DNA of 63,420 nucleotides, filler included, from Reclinomonas americana ATCC 50394 (GCA_048213135.1; 6 parts of 4 records of this genome joined end to end with filler, not necessarily neighbours in it); one strand, 5' to 3'; positions 26,900-39,926 are shown, counted from the whole stretch's first letter. Made by a program: numbers and translations. The notes: generated from the sequence alone by a model not told the origin.

Positions 26900-29019
26900 A
26901 TGAACTTGCAGAAGGCTTACTAACCAAGCCATTAAACTTGGAACTCAGCGGTAAGCCATCCGCAAATCCAGTCACCGTTGACGTACCGGCAAGCGTGTTG
27001 ACAACACCTCCCGGTGTTACACCTCGTACAACGCTGTTGTTGATCTGCACGAGCGTGTTGGGAGGCAGCAAACAGCAGCGACACCAGATTGTTTGACGCA
27101 ACTTCGGTAATGAAAAACCTATCACGGATCTTGTCATACGCAATGTCAAGCGGCTTGTTGAGCAGCGCTCCCGTGCCAGTGCCATCTGCATAACTGGCTG
27201 ACCCAGGCGACCCAATAAACGTAGTCACAGCCGTTGTTGACACGTCAACTTGGCGGACCACATGGTTGATAGAATCGCACACGTAGAGCACGCTGCCGCG
27301 AAGCGCCAGGCCAGCAGGAAACTGAAACTGAGCAGAGGTGCCCGATGCGTTTAGGAAGCCGCTGGAACTACCCGCCAGTGTGGTGGTCACTCCCGCAAAA
27401 GTGACGCGCCTGCGTTGGCGAGAGAAATGAGCGCGACAGAAGAGAAGGGATGTGTGCTCTCTTGGTGTCACTCGCTGCAACGCGAGAGAAGCAAGAATAC
27501 AGATAAAGAGAAAAGAGAGACTCCAACGCAAGACTTGAAGAGCGCGGTAAAGGCATTCTCCTCCAACGCAATCAGCCAGCTACGCACCGGATTCGATGGT
27601 TGCTCTGGTCCGACACATAGATGTTCTGGTTCGTTGAATCAATGGCCAGTCCATATGGTCGGTTAAACGACACCGCCGTTCCAGTTCCATTGGCACTTCC
27701 GCTGCTCCCAGTGCCCGCCACCGTTGACACGTAGTCGCGTGCGATCTTACGCAGCGCATGATTTCCATACTGCGGTTTGGCCAACGATTGAGTGAACAAA
27801 GAGGGGCAACCTGACCTTCCAGCGACACATCCTCTCACGCACATCAGTCACATACAGGGCACCGGTGCTCTCGTCCACAGCGACATCTTGCACTCTGTTG
27901 AAAATAAGAGACACGTGGTGAGCAGGCTGCTCAACATGTCAAACACTTCCTCTCTTCCTCTCATCGCAACGATCCAAAGCGCGCCACTCCAGTACGGTTG
28001 CCGTCGACAAAACCGCACGAGCCGGCAGTGCCCGCAAACGTAGTCACAACACCGGCCACGGTCATCTTTCGAATGGCACAATTGCTGCAATGTTCACTCA
28101 CGAATCAGCACAGCAACAATGCCAAACCAAGTGCTCAAGTCTCACAATACAATCACCTAAAGTCGGCAATGTAGACGCTACCGGAGCTGTCTGTGCAAAT
28201 GCCCTGCATACAAAAAGCGGCTGTCAGTGAGAAAGCAAATGGTCAACTTGGCACGGAGCAGAGCACGCACCGCTGGCACATTAAATTTGGCAGCGGTGCC
28301 TGTGGCATCCGTGGTTCCACTCGAACCCTGCGTGCCGGCAATGGTCGCCACTGACGTCCGTCCATCAATGGCATTCGTGTTGGCCGAAAAATCGAACGAC
28401 ATGGCAACGCTGCTGCCGAAATTGGCATTCGCGGAGCCATTCAGTGTGGCTGCAAGGGCGGTGACGGAGGTGGCTGACTGCGTGGTCATCGTCGCAAGGC
28501 CTGTGTAGGTGCTGAGCAAGTGAGAACCAAGAAGGGGGAGAGAGGAGAGGAACGGAGGTTGGGAGAGAAAGCAGAAACGAGTCTCCTGAACCCAAGGAGA
28601 CGTAAGCGACATGACATGCATCAGTGGAGTTCCCCACGCAACTGGTGGTGGCGAACGTAGACGTAGTTCCGAGAACTGTGCCGTCGATCAGACGCGGGCG
28701 GAAGTAATACGTTGTGGATGGTATGAGGTACGTGGTGGCAAGCGAAATCGAGGTACTGCTGCTGCCACTGACAGTGGAAGGAGAAGATGATATTGCCGAA
28801 GATCCAATGTCAAGTCGACGAATAGTGCGATTCAGTCGGTCTGCGAATACTTGAGATTGGCGACAAATCTCAATGCAGCAAGATCAAGATCGCGCAACGC
28901 ACCTGCTACCAGGAGGGAGTTGGATGCCGCGTGGTATGCGATACCATACTGATTGCATGAGATGTAGAAGGAGAGACAGACGTAGCGAGCGTGAGATCAC
29001 ATGAACACACACACACTCA

Positions 29020-29050
<31 letters not shown>

Positions 29051-32000
29051 TCTGGTGCACAAACAAACTGCACCCTATATACACATCAATATGCTCGTTT
29101 TTGTAACGAGGCACGCACCGCGCAATTAAAGCGAGCAATGCCACCTGGTCCGTCGGTGCTGCCGGTCGTCCTGTAGTACCCAGCCATCGTGGTGACCACG
29201 CCCGCTCCGGTGATGCGCCGCACTACATGTGCATCGCACTGGCAACGAGCACACGATAATCAGCACAAAGGCTGCAAACACGAAAAATCAACCAACACGC
29301 ACCTCTGCCAGGTAAATGATGTTGTTAGTGGGGTCAAGGGTGGTGAATACCGGGGCGTAGAACCGAGCGACACTGCCAGTGCCATCAGCGCCGCCAGATG
29401 ACGACGCGGTGCCGACAAGCGTGGACACTTGACCGGAAGACAAGTCCATTTTTCGCAGTGTATACAAACCGGCGTCAACAATGTAAAGGAATTGCCGACT
29501 GCCATCGACAGTGACACTGAACGGATCCGTGAATCTCGCACTGGTTCCAACCGCGTCGGTTGAACCTGACATGCCCGCACTACCGGCAATCGTGGTGACT
29601 ACTCCCGCAGTTGTCATGCGCCTGCCCGTTTGACAGTGGTGTTAGCGACGAGTGCTTGACTCTTTTGCATGGCACTGACAGCTTACCGAATGATCTTATT
29701 TCCACGATCGGCAATGTACACCACTTGGTTGGGGTTGTCAATCGACAGGCCCGACGGATTATTAAAGGATGCACCTGAACCTGTCCCGTTTGCCGACCCG
29801 GATGAAGGAGGTGGTTGCGCGCCAGCCAACGTGGCAACGACGCCGTTCGCGACCGTTCGGATTAGATGGTTGTTGTACTGCACACACAGCGAAGAAACAT
29901 GGGCGAAACTATCTCCTGCTTTCTCCTACAACAGTGCAACAGACTCACATCGGCAATCAGCAGAGCACCGGTAGCAGCATTGATGGCCAAGTCATACGGA
30001 CTGCACACAACCACTCGTGAGGTCTACTTCGTCTCGAATCGCAGAAGAAATGTATGTACGCACGAGCGGAACAACGCAGACGCCGCTGCGCCGTCTTGAT
30101 ATCCCGAAGTTCCGGGTACACCAGCCACTGTCGTCACCACGCCGGTAATGCGAACCTTGCGAATGGAGTGACTCCTGGTTGTGGGAGACAGGCAGGGCAT
30201 CAGCGAGTAAAACAAAAAAGCCTGGGTCACGGCGAGCGAGACGCACCCATTGTCGACTACGTAGCAGTGGCCGGTAAAGTCATCGACTCGAATGGACTGC
30301 ACAGGATGGAAAAGACGAGTACGAAAAAATGAGGGAGAATGCGGTCAATTTGTGCACGACACACAGGAAGTAGATTGTAAAAGCACTCGGTACGCACGTA
30401 CGGCTCGCTGAAACGGGCACTCGATCCCGTTCCGTCGGTCGTGGCAGAGGAGCCAGCACTGCCGGCAAGAGTTGACACGATCACAGATGCACCGACAGCG
30501 TTGGCCAATGGCGACCAATCAAAACCTACGGGGATCGATGTGCCACCCTGCGCATTTGCTGTGCCCTGCAGAGTGGCACGGACGGCAGTGATGCTGGTGG
30601 CGGATGAGGTGGTGGTGGTGGTGGCTGCATAAAGGGAAGGGGAGGGCGAGGGAGAGGGAGAGAGACAGGGGGGGAGAGGGAGAGGGAGAGGGTGAGGGTG
30701 ATGGAGAGGGTGAGGGAGAGGGTGAGGGAGAGGAAGGGAGGGAGAGAGAGAGAAAGAGACAGGGAGAGACAAGGAGGGAGAGACAAGAGGGAGAAAGAGA
30801 GAGGGAGGGAGAGGGGTACAACGAGCGGAAAGAGACAATGGGTCAATGATTACATGCACACAGGCGCACACACAACACAACACAACACGAATAAGTGACA
30901 AGCTCCACAAGTACAGGCCAAAATCAGACGTACCTGCCAGGGTTGTGAACGACACGGCAGAACCCACAGCTCCCCAGGTTCGGTCGGCAGCTAGGTAAAA
31001 GTACGTGGTCGACGGGCGCAGTTGTGACACCGATCCTGTCAGTGTTGAAGTCGAGGTGCCGGTGGACGAAGTTGGTGAGGCGCTCATGTATGCAGGTGGC
31101 AGAGTGACACGACGGATCTGACCGGCGCCGAGGTCTGCGTGCCAGATTGAATGAGCTCCGGCTACTCACGACAAACGTGAAAGTTAAGGATGGCACATGC
31201 TCACCCACAAACATCATGATCGAGTCTTGTACCACCATGCCGCGCTGCGTGCAATAGTGGATGTGAGGAGAACTGCAGATAGTCAATAAGAGAGACCGAC
31301 AGTGGCGTACCGGGGTGCACAACTGAGCATTGACGCCGATGCCGTCCGCGGTTCCGCATACGCCCGTGTAGCCCATGACCAGTGTGACTACGCCAGTGTT
31401 TGGGTCGATCTGTCGAATGGTAAACGTCGTTATCTGTGACACGCGCAATGGGTGTTATGATCCCACAAATCACTGCATCTCTCGCAGCCAGAGCCACGGC
31501 ACGCAAATACTCAACATCGCCCACGTACACCAAGTTTGCCACGGGGTCAAACGCGATACCGAAGGGACCACTGAAGCGAGCGGCAGAGCCCGTCCCGTCT
31601 CTGCTGCCAGCCTGCCCCGACACGCCGCCCAGCGTCGAGATCACGCCGGTGGCAAGGTCAACCTTGCGAACAATCGAGGAATTGTATTCCGACACATACA
31701 GCAGACGTCGCGTCGAGTCAACCACCACAGCCATGGGATCCAGAAGAGAACCACCCTGTCCAGCACCGTCCACGGCAGCCGCATTGCCTTGACCTGCCAC
31801 GGTCGTGGTGACACCGAGGAAGGAGACAGCTCTGCAGACGCGCGCGTAAGCAACAAGCTCTGCGTGAGCACACGGTTCTGTTTCTCAATCGTCGTACCGA
31901 ATCACGTGGTTGAATCGGTCGGCCACAAACACAGTTTCCATGGACGTGCTCACGGCGAGGCCAATAGGATTGGAGAACGCGGCACTTGTACCAACGGCGT

Positions 32001-33723
32001 TGTCGGTATAGCCATTGGTACCGCCAGCAAGCGTTGTCACAACAGCGCCGCTAGTGACTTTGCGAATCGAGTAGTTATCGGTCTGCAGAAAAAAATGAGA
32101 ATAGCGCAGGGTGCTGGTCGTGGAATGACGTACAACGCACCTCTCCAACATAGAGGTCGCCCGTGATTATGTTGATCGCGATGCCAGTAGGGCTGTACGC
32201 ATAAGAAAGAGAGTGAACTGCATGTCGAGAGCACATAACGCACTTCACGTCGCACGACGCAACGTCCTGAACCGCGCAGACGTCGAGGTGGCATCGACGA
32301 AGCCCGGGGTGTTGACAGCGCCAGCGAATACGGAGACGGAACCTCCGGATGTGATCTTTCGTACCACGTGTTCGTTCCTAATCAAGGCTGTCAGCAACAA
32401 CAAGTACTCACGCACACACAGCGAGCGCGACGCACGTAGGAGCGTACGAATTGCCTGCTGCGTCCATTGTGATGCCCTGCAAGTCGGATAAGCACCTGCT
32501 GAAGAATCACAATCACCGAATGCGCAACAACACGTGCATACCCAGCCACCACTGAATCCAGACGCGACAAGGGTTGTTATCGTCGGTGCCGTCACCGACA
32601 AATTTGCCGAGACGGTGGCCACGGCGAATGCGTTGACGGTGGTGGTGGAGCTGCCCCTTGGACTCAGTGAGCCATTGAGCGCAGCACTTGTGGTGGCGAT
32701 GCTTGACGCCGCATTCGTGGTGGCCAATGGCACTACAGTTGACCGAGTGAGCTCGATTGTAGTGTGATGTCATGAGGCGAAAGATGTGATGGTATCGCAA
32801 CAGATGGTGGCGAACGACGCGATGCTACCGACCACACCGGTACCAGCCGCTTGGTAGTAGTACGTGGTGCCGGGAAACAGCGACGATGCAGTAACACTGA
32901 TGTTAGTGGTGGTTGACCCGCTAACAGTTGATGGCGAGGCCGTGAGTGGAGACGGCGGCAGCTCGATGCGGCGAATGGTGTGTCTATTGTTCTCTGCAGA
33001 GCAAAAGGCGATGCAAGGCTTTGTGATCAGAATGGCGGTTCAGTTTTTTTTGTACAGGAATACACACCGGCAATTAGGAGCGCAGGACGAGTCGAGTCCC
33101 ACGTGACGTCCGTCTGTTGTACAAACCATTAGTATTCTTGCGCCATCAGGTGCGGGTGGAGAAAGAGTAGGTGCGACTCACCACAGTGCCGAAGGAAGAG
33201 TTAATTCCGTAGCTGTTGTTTGTCCCGGTGGAGCCGCTAGTACCGGCTATCGTCGTGACCACGCCGCTACTGGTTACCATTCGAACCGTGAAACACGCAG
33301 ACTGTAGCGCGTGAGGTGACAGTAAGCAAACCGAAAAAAACGCCAGGGAGACCAGTTTGTTGCTCCATGACACGCAACATCGCCAACGTAGAGGACATTG
33401 GCCACCGGATCAATCGACATGCCTCCAGGCGATTTGAAAAAGGAACCAGTTCCAGTGCCATCCGTGCATGAAGTGCACACACCAGCACTTCCCAAATATG
33501 TGGAGACACTGTTGTTGGTCAAATTGACCTTGCGCACAGTGCAATTGTTCACGTCGGACACATAGAGGAGGGAGCGGCTCGTGTCCAAAGCCAAGCTTCC
33601 AGGGTTGTTGAAGCGTGCGCCGGTGGTGCTACCGTCACTCGTGCCAAAATTACTAGTCCCACATAGACCGACAAGAGAGGAACTCGAGCCCGCATAGGTG
33701 ACGCGCCTGCATGTGGTCCGTGA

Positions 33724-33757
<34 letters not shown>

Positions 33758-33816
33758 NNNNNNNNNNNNNNNNNNNNGGGTAGGTACGGTAGGTAGGTAG
33801 GTAGGTAGGTAGGTAG

Positions 33817-33863
<47 letters not shown>

Positions 33864-33920
33864 AGAGACAATGAGTGAATGCATGCATTGTGTGGTTCTC
33901 AGGCGCACTCACACACCTAC

Positions 33921-33967
<47 letters not shown>

Positions 33968-36900
33968 GAGGGGAGGGAGAGAGAGGGAAGGAGGGAGGCA
34001 GAGAGGGAGGAGAGAGCGAGTTGCACAACAATACAGACCGAATACAGTGATTACCAGAGTCGGAAACGTAGATGTAACCGGAGGCGGAGTCGACCGCCAC
34101 ATCCGACGGTGAGGAGGCAGCCAATCCGGTTGCCGCACTGGCGATAGTCGAAACAATATTTTGCGAAATTTTGCGAATCGCGTTGTTTCCAGACTGTACA
34201 AGAGCAAGCTAAGAGTGCACCCACAACGGAATGGGGGAGAAAAGAGTGACCTACCTCGGACAAGTACAAATCGCCGTTGGTCAGGTCGATATCGACGCCA
34301 GTTGGACTGCGCATCGGTGAGCCGCGAATTGCGTCATGACACCAGAGGACGTGCATGCAATGCAATCTACTCACGTGTTGAACAAGGCACTCCCAGCATC
34401 TCCATTCGTAAAGCCGGTGGTATTCGGCTTACCAGCGACAGTGCTCACCACACCGGTGCGCGTCACCATGCGAATGAGATGGTTTCTGTGCAACACGTCA
34501 GGGGAGAGAGTTGGGTCTCGGGAGCATGGGCGAGACTGGCTTCGCAACTGAGTTGCAACGTAGTAATTTCCGCTGGCGTCCATAGTTCCGCGCTGCACGC
34601 AACAGTGTGTGAGAGAGTCACACGAGAGCGAGGAAAGCGAGAATAGCGCGAGCGCACGTTTGGGTTGGTGAACCGAGCAGTCGAGCCGACACCATCGACC
34701 CAGCCAGACACATTGGCCGCGCCCGCCAGCAACGACACCGCTGGCGGCATGTTGAACGAGGCTGCTATATTGGTCGCGCCACCCGGATTGAGTGTTCCGC
34801 TCAACAACGCCGATGCGCTGTCGATTTGCGATGATCCCACCGTTGTCACCGTGACAGCTGGAAGGCGCGATTGTGAATCCAACAGCACAAGCGCATACAC
34901 TTTCGCACGTGGCTCTCTCACCGAGTGTGGTAAATTTGCGAGACGAGAACTTGTTGGTGGTATCGGCAGAGGAAACAGGCACTGCAATATCCGCCAAAGA
35001 GAAAAGTGAGAAGAAACGAGCTGAATTCTGTCGCAGCCAAACAAGATATCCCATCACCGTCTGCATCCGCGTGGGCGTCTGCAGGCGCCACCCGCAGCGA
35101 CAAGACATCCTCGGCTACCACGACGGTGCCGCGAGTGGCGCGCACGCGCACATCCAGCGTCGCATGTGACACTGGTCGAGAGAGCCACAATTGCTTGCGA
35201 TTGGCGATCCGCACAGAAGCAGCGTCCACTCCGCCAGTCACCGACCACGTGAGGTCGGTGGAGTCGCCTGCAGGCTCGTGGGTGCTGCCGACATGCAGCG
35301 TGCCCAACGGCACAGACGGGCTCCACTTGCCGTCCTGGTAACTCAGTGGTTCGAAGCGAACGGTGGCCACGGTGGCTGGCGAGAGAGGAAAGGGGGGGAA
35401 GGGAAAGGGTGAGGGGGGAAGGAGAGGGAAGAGGGGAGAGGAAGGGGGAGAGGAGGGGGGAGAGGGGAGAGGAGGGGGGGGAGGGAGGAGGGAGGAGGGG
35501 NNNNNNNNNNNNNNNNNNNNNNNNNNNNNNNNNNNNNNNNNNNNNNNNNNNNNNNNNNNNNNNNNNNNNNNNNNNNNNNNNNNNNNNNNNNNNNNNNNNN
35601 NNNNNNNNNNNNNNNNNNNNGAGAAAAGGGAGAGAGAAAGAGAGAGAGAAAGGGAGAGAGAAAGGGAGAGAGAAAGAGAGGAGAGAGGAGAGGAAGAGGG
35701 GGGGAGGAGAGAGGAAAGAGAAGAGAGAAAGGTTGGAAAGGAAGGGGAAGGGGAAGGGGAGAGAGGAAGAGGGGAGAGGGGAAGAGGGGGAGGAAGGAGA
35801 AGAGAGAGCAGAGAGGAAAGGGAGAGAGGAGGGGAGAAGGAAGGGGTAGAGGAAGACTGCGGAAGGAGGATGCAGTTGGAATGCAAAAGCAGCGCATGCT
35901 ATCATCACGTTCTCTCTCTCCACATGCGCGCGACTCACCGTTGCGGACCACCAGCAACGTTCTCGCCGTGCCATTGCATTCGACCTCCACCCGCACCTCG
36001 CTCAGTCGCACACCATCCACAGCAAACACCAAGCGACGACCATCGTCGTCCACACGAATCACCGAGGTACCATCAACTACGCGACATGCAGACACCGCCG
36101 AAGCAACGTTGTTGCTGCTGCTGCTGTGAAGCACGCCAATGACAGCACCGCGAGTGGAGGGCGGTGTGTAGTTGGACGGGACGAGAGACAGCAGCGGGAG
36201 TGCAACGTCGATCGGTTTCTCATGGCCACCACCTGCGTGCACAAGAGTCAGAAGCAGGAAGACGGAGGAGAGGGCGGTGCACACAAAGCGAGACAGTGCG
36301 TGTGAGAGAGAGAGGGATGGAGAGGAGGCGAGCTGCAAAACTGCATGCATGATGTGCAGCACAAAATCATACAGGAAAAATCATCAGCAGAAAGGTCAAT
36401 GGTATCGCACGTGCGCTTGTATAAGACACGCTGTGATCACTGTGCGACGACATGACCTTCTACAAGGGCGACTCTTCACGCACACACACAAGGAGAAAAA
36501 GAAGTTGACAGAGATGCGCACATCAGTGACAGCAACACAAGTGGCAGAGCGCGCAGCCACACGCACGCGCAACAGCACACTCATACACACGCACACACAC
36601 GTACACACACACTTGCAAAGCAGACAGGAAACCCTTTGTGTGACTCCGTCGACGGGATAACTCAAGTTGGCTCGGAGAAGACACACGCGTGACGGAGCAA
36701 CATGCGGAGACGTGCGCGTGCGCCGCCGCTCAACAAAGTGTGCCCACAATCCACCGCAGCGAGCGACAAGAGAGGAAACACGAAGAACGGAGCAACATAA
36801 AGAATGTATTCGCGACCAAGAGGCGGTCACATGATGCGAGAAGAAGAGCGAGCAAGTGAGAGAGAGTGTATGCGTGTGCGTGCACGTGTAAGCTTGTGCA

Positions 36901-37036
36901 CAGAGGCAGCAGCACTCTCACCACGGGTATTCCCGGAGAAGATATCGATATCTTCTTCTTCTGCCTCTGTGTGCTGCAGTAAGAGCACCAGTGTGCACAC
37001 CAAAAGCGCGAATGCAACGCGCAGTGAGAGTGCCAT
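5208..37036 (-). CDS. Giant secreted/surface protein: signal peptide, degenerate cadherin/Ig-like N-terminus, >=12 FN3[NHL propeller] modules, plain FN3 domains, Cys Ig/TIG-like repeats, C-terminal legume lectin
   Basis: ATG at 37036 gives MALSLRVAFALLVCTLVLLLQHTEA (signal peptide). Dozens of short exons join in phase wherever checked. NHL blades read VSTLAG..G..DG.G.AARF..P.G.AVD...YVAD..N..IRK. The lectin reads GDGFALVL..GLGFEG..VAVEFDTWYN..DP and GFVGFTAA.G..Q.VDILSWSF. The single-gene model crosses several gaps, so it is inferred. Confidence 0.7.
7525..10184 (-). repeat. About 5 divergent Ig/TIG-like repeats, each with a Tyr-x(1-2)-Cys strand (part of the giant gene)
   Basis: EYVVC (~9778-9792), SYHVC (~9329-9343), SYMLC (~8747-8761), PYTVC (~8338-8352), VYLC (~7658-7669). 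Several are preceded by TIG-like starts such as GSFRPISARG..VLTVIG and TDFHPRRIP. Confidence 0.45.
10790..17152 (-). repeat. FN3[NHL six-blade propeller] modules 10-12
   Basis: Modules at ~17152-15281, 15199-12824 and 12756-10790. Each has an FN3 first half, NHL blades, then an FN3 second half with (T/Q/L)YY(Y/F)R. Confidence 0.85.
17155..18092 (-). repeat. Three uninterrupted FN3-like domains in one long exon
   Basis: PTATTGSASSITFVSAVLTGTAN...LQPGTTYYFRI...QYGSVVSFAT repeated three times in ORF 16877-18424. Confidence 0.85.
19597..19696. other. Artificial contig spacer N44-TTAATTAATTAA-N44 (also at 26611-26710, 47054-47153, 58697-58796, 62077-62176)
   Basis: Identical 100-nt layout five times. 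The 12-mer puts stops in all six frames. Confidence 0.95.
26460..26897. repeat. (TG)n microsatellite in an intron, broken by a contig spacer
   Basis: Long TG runs at 26460-26526 and 26830-26897. Confidence 0.9.
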
Positions 37037-37284
37037 GGTGCGAGAAGAAAAAGTGTGTGTGTGTGTGTGTGAGTGAGTGCTGTTTGTTTCGTGTCGCGAT
37101 GATGTGTGACTCCTTCCGTCGGTCGTGTGCACCGCAATTTGATGTGTGTCCGCATTCATCAACAGCAAGCTGTTTCGCGCGTGTCAAGCACCTCCAGAGT
37201 ATCAATAACGCAAGCAGCAGGGTAGATGACAACAACAAGGCCGGTCCGTTCGCTCTCGGAATAATCAAGAATTCGAAGTCTGCA

Positions 37285-37454
37285 GATATCGATCGAGATG
37301 TGTCCTTTGATATCGACGTCGACGTCGATCGCTTGCAGCTGTCTTGATGGCCGTCACCCCAGCAGATGAAAGCTACTTGACTGGAGTGTTGAGGCCGTCG
37401 TGAAGGTTACCGCTAGATCGAGGCGATCGGAAGCTTGCAGCGATACATATCGAT
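37285..37454. promoter_or_regulatory. Candidate divergent promoter with clustered (GA)TATCGAT-type palindromes
   Basis: Lies between ATG 37036 (-) and ATG 37653 (+). GATATCGATCGA at 37285-37296, GATATCGACGTCGACGTCGATC at 37309-37330, ATATCGAT at 37447-37454. Confidence 0.4.
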
Positions 37455-37652
37455 TTCGATGTCAACGTCGAGCGCTAGCAAGCATGCGCAATTGCAGCTG
37501 TGATCTGCAGCCGTGCATGGTGCATATTAGACAAGCCACTGAACTGTGTCTCCGTCGTAGAACAGTAGTACAACGCGAGTTCAAGTTCATCAGCTGGGTG
37601 GAACGTCGCGTCAGATTGTCTTTATCTCCTTCCTCTCTGTGCGACCGCACGC

Positions 37653-38595
37653 ATGTCATCTGCTGGCCGCGCGATTCAAGGTCTGCTCCGCCACGGTGGT
37701 CACATTCGTCGACTGGTGCTCATGGGCAACCCGGCGCTGCGAGTGCCCTCGACCTCCATTGCGGATGTCACCAGTGGTGCAGTGCAGCAGGTGCGACTCT
37801 TTGTGAGTGAGTGTGCGTGTGTACTGCTCACTGTCTTGTTCTCATCTTTGTGGCAGGTGGTCAAAGACATGTATGCCACAATGGTTTGGAGAGAGAGAGA
37901 GAGAGGAGGAGAGAGAGGAGGAGAGAGAGAGAGGAGGAGGNNNNNNNNNNNNNNNNNNNNNNNNNNNNNNNNNNNNNNNNNNNNNNNNNNNNNNNNNNNN
38001 NNNNNNNNNNNNNNNNNNNNNNNNNNNNNNNNNNNNNNNNNNNNNNNNNNNNNNNNNNNNNNNNNNNNNNNNNNNNNNNNNNNNNNNNNNNNNNNNNNNN
38101 NNNNNNNNNNNNNNNNNNNNNNNNNNNNNNNNNNNNNNNNNNNNNNNNNNNNNNNNNNNNNNNNNNNNNNNNNNNNNNNNNNNNNNNNNNNNNNNNNNNN
38201 NNNNNNNNNNNNNNNNNNNNNNNNNNNNNNNNNNNNNNNNNNNNNNNNNNNNNNNNNNNNNNNNNNNNNNNNNNNNNNNNNNNNNNNNNNNNNNNNNNNN
38301 GAGAGAGAGAAGGAGGGAGGGAGAGAGAGAGAATGGGAATCTGCTGCTCGTTGCCTGGGAGAAGGCCACTGCAGTGCCTCTCTAACTGAGATGCAACAGC
38401 TCGAGAGAAGACGAGCAGTCCACTGCCTGTTACCTCTGCATGCTGCTGAGCGCAGAGACAAGGCCTTTGCAGTAACTCTCTAACTCAGGCTGTTGGCCCA
38501 CATCTTCTCCAGTCAGCTCCTTTCTCTCGTGGGTTCATTCAGACGGTTGTGCTTCTCAGCAGCTCATGCGTTGCAGACAGACAGACAGCAGACTG

Positions 38596-38640
<45 letters not shown>

Positions 38641-39302
38641 TGAGCACGGCTGCATGCTCCACGCAGCTGCTCTCCACCTTCAGGCTTGTCTCCTCGTGTC
38701 ATCAACTCCTCCCTTCCTCCCTCACTTCTCACTCTTTGCCTCCCTTCCTCTCTCCCCTTCTCACTCTTTGCCTCCCTTCCTCTCTCCCCTCCTCTCTCTC
38801 CAGCGCCACCACGGTGGCTGCGGTATTGCGGGACCGCAAGTCGGTCGCACCTTGCGCGTGTTTCTCGTGGAGGACGAGCAGAGTGAGGCCAGCCGATCGC
38901 GCACACCACCACCGGTGACAGTGGTCTTCAACCCGCAGATATTACGGCGCAGTGAGCAGACTGAGTTGGGCTTCGAGGGCTGCCTGAGCGTGCCGGGACT
39001 GTATGCACTGGTGCGGCGATCGCTGGAGATCGACGTGCGCTACGTGGACTATTACGGCAAGCCAGTGGAGTGCACGCTGCAGGTGGGTTGGTTGAGCGCG
39101 AGGCCGCCCATTTGGATTGCTCACGTCGTTGTGGCAGGGATTCGCTGCGCGCGTCTTCCAGCACGAGTACGATCACCTCGAGGGCGTGGTGTACATTGAG
39201 CGGGTGGAGGACACGAAGCACATTCTCATGGAGAGCGAGTACGAGTCGTTTGCCAAGGACTGGGTGGCGAAGCATCCCAACGCCGACGCGAGAATAGCAT
39301 AA
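37653..39302 (+). CDS. PDF: Peptide deformylase (organellar, probably mitochondrial)
   Basis: MGNPALR, motif 1 GCGIAGPQVG, motif 2 EGCLSVPG, motif 3 QHEYDHLEG. Short basic N-terminal extension. GT-AG introns. Confidence 0.95.
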
Positions 39303-39926
39303 TGAATGGCAGAGACAAGTCCTCNNNNNNNNNNNNNNNNNNNNNNNNNNNNNNNNNNNNNNNNNNNNNNNNNNNNNNNNNNNNNNNNNNNNNNNNNNNN
39401 NNNNNNNNNNNNNNNNNNNNNNNNNNNNNNNNNNNNNNNNNNNNNNNNNNNNNNNNNNNNNNNNNNNNNNNNNNNNNNNNNNNNNNNNNNNNNNNNNNNN
39501 NNNNNNNNNNNNNNNNNNNNNNNNNNNNNNNNNNNNNNNNNNNNNNNNNNNNNNNNNNNNNNNNNNNNNNNNNNNNNNNNNNNNNNNNNNNNNNNNNNNN
39601 NNNNNNNNNNNNNNNNNNNNNNNNNNNNNNNNNNNNNNNNNNNNNNNNNNNNNNNNNNNNNNNNNNNNNNNNNNNNNNNNNNNNNNNNNNNNNNNNNNNN
39701 NNNNNNNNNNNNNNNNNNNNNNNNNNNNNNNNNNNNNNNNNNNNNNNNNNNNNNNNNNNNNNNNNNNNNNNNNNNNNNNNNNNNNNNNNNNNNNNGTCCC
39801 ATCACTCTCAAACACCAAACATGAGCGCGAAAGACAGCGAGGTATCTGCATGCATGCGTGCAGGCACACACGCAAGGCCCCTCACTCTCTATCTGCACAC
39901 AGTCCGCCGCTGTTCGGCGTCGCGGA

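Larger units (their letters stand above)
18093..34858 (-). repeat. FN3[NHL six-blade propeller] modules 1-9
   Basis: Modules at ~34858-32802, 32735-30935, 30626-28643, 28500-26126, 26063-24195, 24123-22272, 22194-20352, 20282-(gap) and (gap)-18093. Confidence 0.85.

Noticed and set aside
10790-34858. Regularly spaced repeats as a CRISPR array, or as a teneurin/YD-repeat toxin
   Set aside because: The repeats are degenerate and protein-level with introns. There are no identical DNA repeats, cas genes, YD/RHS shell, EGF repeats or TM helix.
35343-36362. LSSVFLLLTLVHA as the signal peptide/start of the giant gene
   Set aside because: It is the polypyrimidine end of an intron (…cacgcag). A better ATG and signal peptide lie at 37036.
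37261-37510. Dense restriction-site palindromes (EcoRI, PstI, EcoRV, ClaI, SalI, HindIII, NheI, SphI) as vector polylinker contamination
   Set aside because: The order matches no polylinker I recognise, the flanks are continuous genomic sequence, and similar motifs recur at 44690-45000
38301-38800. CpG-poor sequence in the PDF intron (and 46400-47050) as transposon remnants
   Set aside because: No terminal repeats, target duplications or transposase/RT motifs visible, only a local ~31-nt tandem duplication near 38726-38790
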